Assembly (NCBI GenBank): GCA_018985225.1
Contig: JADGIF010000285.1
Coordinates: 1 to 11,752 of the forward strand
Direction of reading: 5' to 3'
From: Amoeboradix gromovi X-113
Lineage: Eukaryota > Fungi > Sanchytriomycota
DNA: 11,752 nucleotides
The stretch's first letter is position 1; every line of letters starts with the position of its first letter. Both the position numbers and the translations under genes were made by a program. Below are positions 1-9,300 of the stretch, piece after piece. The notes under the pieces were generated by a model, which saw only the letters and a program-made list of their open reading frames with translations, was not told where the DNA came from and ran no database searches.

Positions 1-261
1 AATGCACTTTTTGCTTAGATGCTCAAAGACCTCATATCTAGTTTTATTTTGAAAAGAGGAATACAATCAATGAAAGAAAATTGGTATAATAGAAGATCTT
101 TTAATAATGATAGCATTTCCTCTGTATGGTGCACCTTTAAAAACGAGCTAGTCTAGTTTTTATATTTGGTATCCCATGTTTATTGTTATTCTCCACGGAA
201 ATTGTGACGCGCTTTCTAATTGCAATAAACCATTCATGACTTGATACTTACAACATAGTAA

Positions 262-327
262 GATCAAAAATGCCTTAAAAATTCATTTTATTAGCTGGCT
301 GATCAAAAATCTCATTATCATTCATTT
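262..327 (+). repeat. Degenerate direct repeat GATCAAAAAT-N9-ATTCATTT, two copies, 39-nt period
   Basis: The copies at 262..288 and 301..327 share exact 10-nt and 8-nt blocks at identical spacing. Confidence 0.5.
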
Positions 328-1200
328 ACTCAATTACCTACCGTGTGTATGTTTTAACAATGCGACACTTTCGAGGAGCTACTTCAGCGATCTACTTGTT
401 CAAAACAAAAGAAGTAAATAATAAATCAATCCAACGAAAACTGCACTTAATTCCATTCTGAATTTCATTATTTTGTTCTTGAAAAACTGGGTATCCCGTT
501 AATTTACTAAGAGGTCAAAGTAGCCTCTTTTTAAACTCATTTATTGCATCATGTGCAACAAAAAGGTATAGGGCTGTATTTTGAATTGGTTAATTCGAAG
601 ACACGAGAAACGTTACGGCTATGTTTGTTGTGAATGCATGTGTACATGCTAGTTGCAACATAGAAGTCTAACGCAAAATGATAAATTGGTCAGCTGGGTA
701 CTCATGCTAGCCACGATGACCCTCAACTTTTATATAATTTTATTTATCACCCTAGGTACTTTTTGTGCACACGTGTTGGTTCCATGACTTCGCAATGTCT
801 TATTAGTGTAACTTGTAGCGTTAGTAAATTAATATTTTGGTGCAACTTTGTTATTTCTAGATTGGATGAATATCTCGCTGAAAAGTATCAGTTTCCAGTC
901 ATTTCCTATTGCCTAAGTTAATAAATACTGTTTATTTTAATCGTTGACATCATTGTCTTGTTGCAAGAAGCTGGCATTTTTTTCTCAAATTATTCTTTTA
1001 AATTACTTTTCAAATTATTCCGTTTCCACAATCAAAAGATCTGAGTACTATTTAAGAGTCTCACACTCCTTTCTTATACAATTTGTAGTGAGTTCCATTC
1101 CCTCTACTCGTTAAAAGTCCTGGTTTCCGAGAAAATCGAGAATTTTCACAGAGGAACTAGCAGTGTCATTGCTCCGTTACAATGATTGCTCACGTTTTCA

Positions 1201-1374
1201 CTACCTCGAAGCGGTATTGAATAAGGATGCATATACTTGATGTATAAGTTCCTTGCTGCATATGGTCTCTATCTTCGAATGACAATTGGTACAAATGTAG
1301 CTCTCCAAATTGGTTTTCTTTAGAGTATCGCACCTTGTACATGCATAATAAGTTAGAATATCGCATTGTTGCAT
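1201..1374 (-). CDS. Possible small zinc-ribbon protein (57 aa from ATG 1374), or an exon or remnant of a larger gene
   Basis: The frame is stop-free from 1413 to 1204 and encodes YYACTRC-x12-CTNC, with six Cys in total. It is short and I recognise no family with certainty, so it could be spurious. Confidence 0.3.
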   Translation of the reverse strand: MQQCDILTYYACTRCDTLKKTNLESYICTNCHSKIETICSKELIHQVYASLFNTASR

Positions 1375-1730
1375 ACTTAAGATCAATGAAATACTAACTG
1401 TTAAATAGATGGTTTACAGGTTTATTTATCGTTGATCTCTTTTGAGGATGGGTTGAAAGACAGCTAATTGTTCCATGCTTGGACCAGTTCCTCAACGTTG
1501 ATCGGTTTATGCTTTACCTATTACTTATTTCTTTAGAATTGGTTTACCTTTTGTGAAAAGGAAGAATATCGAGTGTTTAAGCTGTTGGAAAAATCTGGAA
1601 AAGTCATGAGATTATATAAAAATGCATACAAATTCGCGATAAATGATTTATTCAAGAAAACAATCCATCTGCATGGGCGCTTCCGCTTTTTTGAAACTTG
1701 TTTAGAGAGTTTGTTTTGTTACTGTCCCAA

Positions 1731-3059
1731 ATGTCTATTTCATCAGGGTTACAATTAGCACAATTAAACGACTACTTACAACCATCTACTGCATGTGTAA
1801 AACCAGCGGAAGTTCAAACTGAGCTGTCCTTGGATGACTGCTTAGCTTGCTCTGGCTGTATAACAAGTGCAGAGACCATGTTGGTAAACATGCAAACCAC
1901 TGATCAACTTATGGAAGAACTAAAATTGAAGAACGAGAGGTATTGCGTTATCTCCACTCAGTCTGTAATTGCAATTGCCATACATTTCCAATTAGATGTG
2001 CAAGAGGCATGGTTAAAATTGAATACATTTGTGAGCCAGTATTTGCATACTGTTGTCAAAGATGTCAATCAAGGTAGGATGATATCACTAAGGTTAACAG
2101 CTGAAGAACTAATTAGAAAATCTAAATCCAGCACCCTTGAAGCATTTCCGAAAGGTAAAATGTCAGAAGAACAGCTGAAGTCGCATTTTATGAACGCTGA
2201 AATACCCATGTTTGTCTCTGCTTGTCCTGGATGGGTCTGCTATGCCGAAAAGACTCATCCATATCTGATACCGTTGCTGAGTACTACCAAATCACCTCAA
2301 CAATGTGCTGGTGTATTAACCAAGCACATATATGCCAAAGATCCCAATGACACTTACACGTTCTGTGTCATGCCGTGCTATGATAAGAAACTAGAATCGG
2401 CGAGGCCATTCCATCGCACCAATGATATCAAAGATGTTGATTTAGTGCTTACCACTGCTGAGTTCTTGAAATTGATTAAATCAATTAATCCTGATTTTAA
2501 ATCTATCAAAAATGCTAATTCCACTCCACTCAATCGCACTATAGGCGCAGGATCAGGCGGATATTCAGAATATGTGTTTTTATATGTTTTGAACAAGGTC
2601 TACAACATACCACTAAAGTCGATTGCTACCACGCAGTACAAAGACTATGACATTCGCATTACTAACAAAAAAGGATCTGATTTAAGAGAATTTGAATTGC
2701 GTCAAGGTGAGTCGTTGTTATTTAAAGTTGTGGCTGCATTTGGGTTTCGGCATATTCAGAATGTTGTTAGAAACTTGAAGAGAAAAGGCACTACGGACTG
2801 CTCATTTTACGAGGTTATGGCTTGCCCAAGTGGCTGCTTGAATGGAGGGGGGCAGTTAAATGTAGTTGGTGAAAGGACTGTTTTATCACCGCATGAGACC
2901 AAGTCCTGGATTAAAACTATGATAGACGAATACAACGCCTTGAAAGAAACAGATGTGTCGGAATTAGAATACAGCAAAGTAGCGCAGCTGTTGAGCACAC
3001 AGTTCATGACCATTGAAGAAAGAGAAGCAACAGCAGTGGATGTAGTAAATACTTGGTGA
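1731..3059 (+). CDS. NAR1: Cytosolic iron-sulfur cluster assembly factor Nar1/CIAO3 (IOP1/NARFL), [FeFe]-hydrogenase-like, 442 aa, no introns evident
   Basis: Seen: LNDYLQPSTACVKP, LDDCLACSGCITSAE, SACPGWVCYAEK, KSPQQ, VMPCYDKKLE, DVDLVLTT, GFRHIQN, EVMACPSGCLNGGGQ and a terminal Trp. Established: these are Nar1-family signatures, with all eight cluster-ligating Cys present. The ORF track starts at TTG 1698. The first ATG is at 1731 and gives MSISSGLQLAQLND, matching the usual Nar1 N-terminus. Confidence 0.95.
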   Translation: MSISSGLQLAQLNDYLQPSTACVKPAEVQTELSLDDCLACSGCITSAETMLVNMQTTDQLMEELKLKNERYCVISTQSVIAIAIHFQLDVQEAWLKLNTFVSQYLHTVVKDVNQGRMISLRLTAEELIRKSKSSTLEAFPKGKMSEEQLKSHFMNAEIPMFVSACPGWVCYAEKTHPYLIPLLSTTKSPQQCAGVLTKHIYAKDPNDTYTFCVMPCYDKKLESARPFHRTNDIKDVDLVLTTAEFLKLIKSINPDFKSIKNANSTPLNRTIGAGSGGYSEYVFLYVLNKVYNIPLKSIATTQYKDYDIRITNKKGSDLREFELRQGESLLFKVVAAFGFRHIQNVVRNLKRKGTTDCSFYEVMACPSGCLNGGGQLNVVGERTVLSPHETKSWIKTMIDEYNALKETDVSELEYSKVAQLLSTQFMTIEEREATAVDVVNTW

Positions 3060-3319
3060 AGAGTTGCAAGACTGAGGCGTCGGCAGATATCCAAGAGAAA
3101 TATTTGGAAGCAAAGAAGAGACTTTAGATAAGAGGCTGATCTTGCTAGTTTGTAGCGGGTGTCGCATTTGGGATCACATGAAATCAAGCGTGTTTATTAA
3201 AATGTGTTTTTACCGGAACTCGGTATCTGGTGGATATGTAGCGCGTTTGCGGTGATTGAGAACTATAGCTTTTCATTCCATAAAAACGTAATAAAACTTT
3301 TGCATTGATATTTCTAGTT

Positions 3320-3329
3320 TTTATTTATT
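3320..3329 (-). terminator. Candidate polyadenylation signal for TOM1 (two overlapping AATAAA)
   Basis: The minus strand reads TGA-TT-AATAAATAAA, so AATAAA begins 2 nt after the stop codon. The AT-rich context lowers specificity. Confidence 0.4.
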
Positions 3330-3331
3330 AA

Positions 3332-6300
3332 TCACGCCAATCCAAACCCTGTGGTGCATTCGTGTATGGCCAATACTAGTTGCTTATTTAGTTGCTCATA
3401 TGACTCATAAAGCGGTAAGTCCAGTTGATTGAAGCATGTGTGCGCCACAGGCAATCTCTGGACATGCCCGTAATCCTTGTGTATCTGGAACTTCTGTATC
3501 CCAACATTACCCTGCAGTCCTTTAAATCCGTCCATTGGTACTTTGCTCGTCCCGGTGATAAATTGTAACAGCTTCGCCAAACTTTCTTGATCCATATTCC
3601 TCACGCTTCTCCAATACCATTGCACTTGCGGTGATGTGTTTGTGTATCCAACATACTCTGTGTTATTCTTCCAGTCATCTACATCAATCTCCGGTAAGCC
3701 ACTTATTAGCAACTCCAGTTCGTGCTCATCAAATACCTTAACCACTGATTCATTCACTAGCTCATAAAACCCCATTTTGAAGTGATTTAATTGCTCTTTG
3801 ATGTTGCCTGTTAGCTTCAAGTCAACTATCAAGTCAATGTATTCGAGCTTGTTCTCATTCGTTACCGCTCTGTTGCTTCCATCAGCACATAGCTGGATAG
3901 TCTTTTTGTTCCCAAACTCTTCAACTTCAACTGTAAAATTGCTTTCTATCACACCAGTTATGTCATTCATTGTCATCCATTTCAGGCTGTTGTAGTACTC
4001 TACATCAATCATCTCCAAATCACTCAAATTCACCTTTAATCCTAGCAAATGCTTGTAAAACGATCTAGTGAACCAGCAATCCAGTACCTGATTCTCCATT
4101 ATACTTTTGGCTATAAATCTGCCTATGAATTTGTAGAAATTCAAATGATCTGGGTTTACCCAACTGCTCTGATTAGGTTGATATGTGTCGTGATACTTCA
4201 CAAATAACGCGTAGTCTGGATTGAATATTTCCTTGCTTACTTCTGAATACCATTCCCTTGTCAACCCACCACTGTCTATACCATCCTCGTTATAGAACTT
4301 GATTTGAATTTTATTTTCCTTTAATTCCTGCACCGATTTGTTCATTATCTGATGGTAGGAATCCTCAAAGATATGCGATCTACGTATATTGAGTTGTATG
4401 TTACCAACTGCCTTCATTTTATTATTATCAAACCATTTTCTTTTATGTTCGAATTCCAGGTAATGCGGGTGTTTGATAAGTATTTGAAACGATGTGTTTA
4501 ACAGCAGTGGTTGCTGACTTATAATTTTATTGATCATTCCACTGTATGCCTTGGCATATTCCACTATTTCGAGATTGTTGTATATAATGAACAGGCATTC
4601 TAGCAATGCAGTTGGTGGATTATCAGTTATTGCCGAATCCAGTTTAAAAAACTCGATCTTCTTTAATTCCTCAAATGTGGATTCTAAGCATTCCAACGCT
4701 TTTATTATCCTCAACACCATGTTGTAATCTGGTGTGTTACTATTTGTTACGCTACTAAGTTCCTTGTTTAACAGCAATTGCAACTCTCCCCTGTTGTTTA
4801 TGTTTTTGGTAATAATCAGCATGTATTGCAATAACTTACTGTTCAAATCCATTTTGATCATTAATACTACCTGCTGTAACATCATGGTGCTTTCCCAGGA
4901 TTGCGGATTAGCGTCTTCCTTGTCTTCTTTGTCTTCTTCCTCTTCCTCTTCTTTCTGATAAATAAGTGCCAACACATGTAATAATATATCATGATGCTTA
5001 TTGAACATACAAAGCCATCCTATGCCTGTATTCTTTGTTTGCTTAATCGTGTATTCCAGTTTCATAAGCTTGCACATGGGTCTTATGAATTGTAGCAAGT
5101 GCAGAAGTAGTCCGATGTACTTGCAATGCACTGTATACTTACTGAATCCCTTGATTCCTACAATCAGTGCTTCTAGTATGCTCTGTATTACCACAGCTGC
5201 GTTGTCTGATTGCAATGATAGATGCACGATGCATTTGTTGAATATATTCATATTTACATCATTCAGCACAGTACTTACTATCATCTGGATTGATTTGCTA
5301 CTTAGCACACTAATAGAGGTATTCTTATAACTAACGCTGTTCGGAACTGACTGTTGTATTTGAAATGGGTTGATAACATCGTTCTCATCTTCAAACTCTT
5401 GCTGATAGAAATGTAAATGGTGCTGTACAAGTGCTTCCTCCCTAAATTCAAGAGGTATCTCGTTCAATACTGTAGTGTCTATGTTGGAATCAACCGGAAT
5501 ATCGTTGCCAACACTATCCTCGTCGGTTGTCTCCACATCATCGCTGCTACTCATCACATCTACTACATCATCATCCACTACATCTGCAACAACTTTTACT
5601 ACGCTACTCTCGAGCAATGAGGTTGTCATGGTGTTGTATTCCTCAATATCATAGACGCTCTGTTTTAGTATCAGTCTCGATCTGTTAGCATAAGAACTAG
5701 GCGTGAACTGGTTGTACACGCTAATACCGTCCAAATCAGTGCTAGTGTTTGGAGGAGTAGTGTAGCTGTAATGATTGTGGTGCACTCTTTCGTGTCCAAA
5801 CAGATCGGTCAGCAAGTGCTGCAGTCTAGGCGTGTCATTGATAGCGGAGGACGAGCCTGATTCCATATCATGCTGCAGCTCATCCAGCTCTTCGTCAGTC
5901 ATATCCTGCAGTTCTTCTATTTCCTCTATCTCCTGCATTTCCTCTATATCGTGTTCACCCACATCAGAGCTATCACCCATATCTATGTCAATATCCATAT
6001 CGCTGTCTGAATCTCGAATCATCTCTGTTTCCGTATTGTCAGTTGTCAATGACTCATCACTGTGAAAGTATTCTTGTTCCTCCATATCATACTCATCGCT
6101 GATATCATCATCATCTTCTTCTACTGCTTCGTTTATCAGTTCTACATCATTCATTTGGAGTTCACTTTTGAAGTCAATGACACCATCATCATGTTTGTAT
6201 CCATAAATAGACATTAAATCAATGAGCTTATAGTATGGACTAGTTATTGACTTGTATCTGGGATGATTGCAGTCCAGTTTACATTGCTGTAGTGTAATGT

Positions 6301-9300
6301 AGTTCAATAAATTAGACTTTATTAGCAAATCAAATAATTGGATCAATGGATCTGATTGCTTGACTATTCGCAAGGTGTTCTTACCATTAGTTAAAAGCTT
6401 TAACAGCAGCTCGCAAGTGCTTGTTATTAAAGCATGTTGCTCAGTATTACTCTGAGGATTCTGCAGCTGCTCAAATATCCTAGAAATGTATTTAGCGTTA
6501 AATGGGCACTCTAGTACATCTGCTATACCAAGTATTATCATCGTAGACCATTTAGAGTCGAATTGTACTGTTTTAATGTTCGACGCAGGAAGGTACTGAA
6601 TTAAGACATTCAAATGCTTACTCCAATAGTCTTTTAATCCCTGATGGTACTTGATTATCTCGCTGTAAATCTGCAGTACTATATGCCTAGTATATGGACT
6701 TGTAGTCAAGAGAGCTGTTAATGCCTCTAATGTGCTGGACTGAGCAATTGATATGCTAGCTGCATCATCAGCTGCCATAGCATCAATAGTTAGCAACCTG
6801 ACTCGAGTCTGCAATCCATCTTGTACCAGTTGTATTGTATTCACACAAGACTTTAAGAAGAGCTGGGGATTGCATGCCAAATGATTAAATTGACGAGTAA
6901 AGTGAGTTAAAGTATAGTATTCGTTCTTAACTCCCAACTTTATGATATTGCTAGTTAGTGATATGAAATCACTTTCAGTAAACCACGAGTACATGAATAT
7001 AGCGATCAACAACGAGTGAATTGACTTGAAGTGCTTAATTGGTTGTAGATTGGAAAGGATAAATATCAAATCAGAGTGACTAGATTTAGAATAATTGCAC
7101 ACTGAGTATACAGCTATTAATTGTAGAACAGGCTCATAAAGCAGTGCGTCGTGGTTTATCGCATACTGAAATAGAATAGGAATAGGAGGTATATAAAGAT
7201 CAACTTCAACAGGGTTTGCAGTATTTAAATGTCTGTTGTATTTGATCTGCCATGTTTTGAATAATATATGGTACTTTGTTAATTTGTTTTGCTTCATCAA
7301 TTCTAACAAGTCTACCTGTAAATCATCAAACTTTAAATATCCTATAATTTTAGAATTGCTCAAATTGACTATAAATTGTATTTTTAAATCCAAGTCATAT
7401 TTAACTAATAGTTGCATATAATCGACATTTTCCAGTATTACAGAAATGCTAGAAGATTCTATGAATGGCGTTCTGACTGCAAAATCAAATAATAGCGTAT
7501 ACACGTCTTCATTAATGTGGTATTTGTATGTTGGCATCGATTCAGAATTTATTACCCTGCTGTTATTAAACTCATGATTATTGGTTAGATAGTCACAGAT
7601 GGCATCGGCACTGGTAGAATGCAGTAGAATACTAGCGTCTATAATAGCCTTGTAATGGAACCCCATTTCCAACAACTCGTAAAATGACAATTTATAATCC
7701 AGACACTGTAGTAGCTTTGATATGTTAGAAATTATATTAACACTACTATTGTCTGCGGAATCGCTAGCATTTATAACATTATTATCCAAAATAAATGGTA
7801 TTACCCAGTCTAGTATCAGTAAATCCATAGAATACATGGACTGTAAGTAGCATGCCATATTGAAGTAAATTCTGTTGCTTGTAGATAATGCGGTGAACAA
7901 TGGACTAGAATTAATCAGTTTCTGATTGATCATCATTGCATGTAGCTGTAGGTACGTGAACAGCACTGTAGATGCATTCACAGAGCTAGACGAGCTGGGG
8001 GCGCTGCTAAATGTCTTGCTGTTGACATCTACAGTGCCTGTAACAATTCTCTTTAGTTGTTCGTTCAATTTTATGAACACTCCGTTTAACTGGCAATAGA
8101 ACACACTTAATAGCTGTATATGCGGTCTGTTAATACCCTTTTCATCCATCAAATAGTAGTAAAATAAACCACATACCGTATAATAGTAATATATGTTGGC
8201 AGTGTTACTGAAGTACAAATTCAGACTTTCCGCACATTTCCTAGTAAAGTCTAAACTGTTTGTTGAACTTTTAAATACACCTAATATGAAGGATGTGGTA
8301 CAATTGTGGATACTAGTAAATAGGGTTTTAAACAATAAAACATTTCTGTACTCTACACTATTAATGCCACCTATATACTGATTGTTGATGCTAATGGGAT
8401 GATCTATGGCGTATATGTTGTGTATAGCCAGCACACCTGTGATGGAGTGCTTTTTACTAGCATTTATATCATTAAATATAGTTATAGGTAAAGTCCGTAA
8501 CAAACAACACTGTAGAATACAAAATGAATGAATCTCAATTACTTGTTGAATCAGAGATGGGCTGAGAGTTATGAGCTGCTTGTTTAGCTGATTATTACTG
8601 TATAAATCGCTCAGTATACCAATGAAACAGTACCAAGTCTTTAAGAAATGAATTAAATCAATGCACGGAGTATTTAACAGATCAATAATGTTCTCAACAG
8701 AGATCTGCTTGTATTTTGTATACAATTGCTTCAGTTTGTTACCAATTACATCTATTATTAATTGCATATGTGATTCGCATAACGTATGAATTACATGGCT
8801 AAGAAAATAAGAAGCCTTGGAATTCGCAAAGTTATATTGTACCTCTAGCTCAAAGAGATCCAATATCAAGATCCCATTACTGCTGATAAACAGCTCAGCA
8901 TGCTGTTGATTTTGGAAAAATCCACTCAGATACTTGACGTGAACTTCAATCATGTATGATATAATTAATGGCTGTATGTCATTGAATAGTACCGTGGTGG
9001 TTGATAGTCCAGCTACAGCATATTCATCTAAATTGCCATTTTTGTATTCCAGAAGTTTTCTGGTCACATTAATCATCTCAGTGATTATCAACTCTTTCAA
9101 AAGCGGCTGATGCCTAATCAATTCCTCCATTCCAGTCCCGAGGGACTTAGATACATCCAATTCATTCAAATCGCTGATGTATTCAGATGAATAATAAATG
9201 GAGTAAAATGATTGAATGACTTTGTAGTGCAATATCATAGATAATCCAGTAGATTGCAGACATATAGCACTAAACAGCTTTGGCAGGTGCTGTAATCCAT

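Noticed and set aside
189-203. U5 snRNA-like string ATTTCCGTGGAGA on the minus strand
   Set aside because: The invariant loop I (GCCTTTTAC) and its stem are absent.
985-1020. Three short TCAAATTATTC-like units
   Set aside because: Low-complexity AT-rich micro-repeat with no evidence of function.
1392-1408. TACTAAC branch point followed by TAG on the plus strand
   Set aside because: No donor and exon combination gave a sensible product. The same heptamer occurs inside the NAR1 coding sequence near 2660, so chance occurrence is plausible.
1518-1547. 30-nt GTAAAC..ATAG minus-strand intron joining ATG 1607 into a 37-aa peptide
   Set aside because: The product is short and unrecognisable and does not join the zinc-ribbon frame. 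It cannot be supported without transcript data.
1573-1758. 61-aa plus-strand ORF overlapping the NAR1 start
   Set aside because: It has a GTG start and no recognisable family, and it overlaps NAR1 out of frame. At most it is a uORF from ATG 1606.
1731-3059. A true hydrogen-producing [FeFe]-hydrogenase
   Set aside because: The N-terminal LND...C-x-KP, the SACPGW motif (not TSCCPGW) and the terminal Trp identify the Nar1 subfamily. No maturase genes are in the window.
3057-3131. Stop-codon readthrough or selenocysteine at the NAR1 TGA
   Set aside because: A terminal Trp is the normal Nar1 C-terminus, the extension has no recognisable features, and I saw no convincing SECIS.
2378-8381. Short antisense ORFs inside NAR1 and TOM1 (2378, 2807, 2964, 3798, 4530, 4734, 5001, 5417, 5775, 7236, 8193)
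   Set aside because: These are shadow ORFs of the real genes. Their Ser-rich runs mirror Asp/Glu codons on the coding strand.
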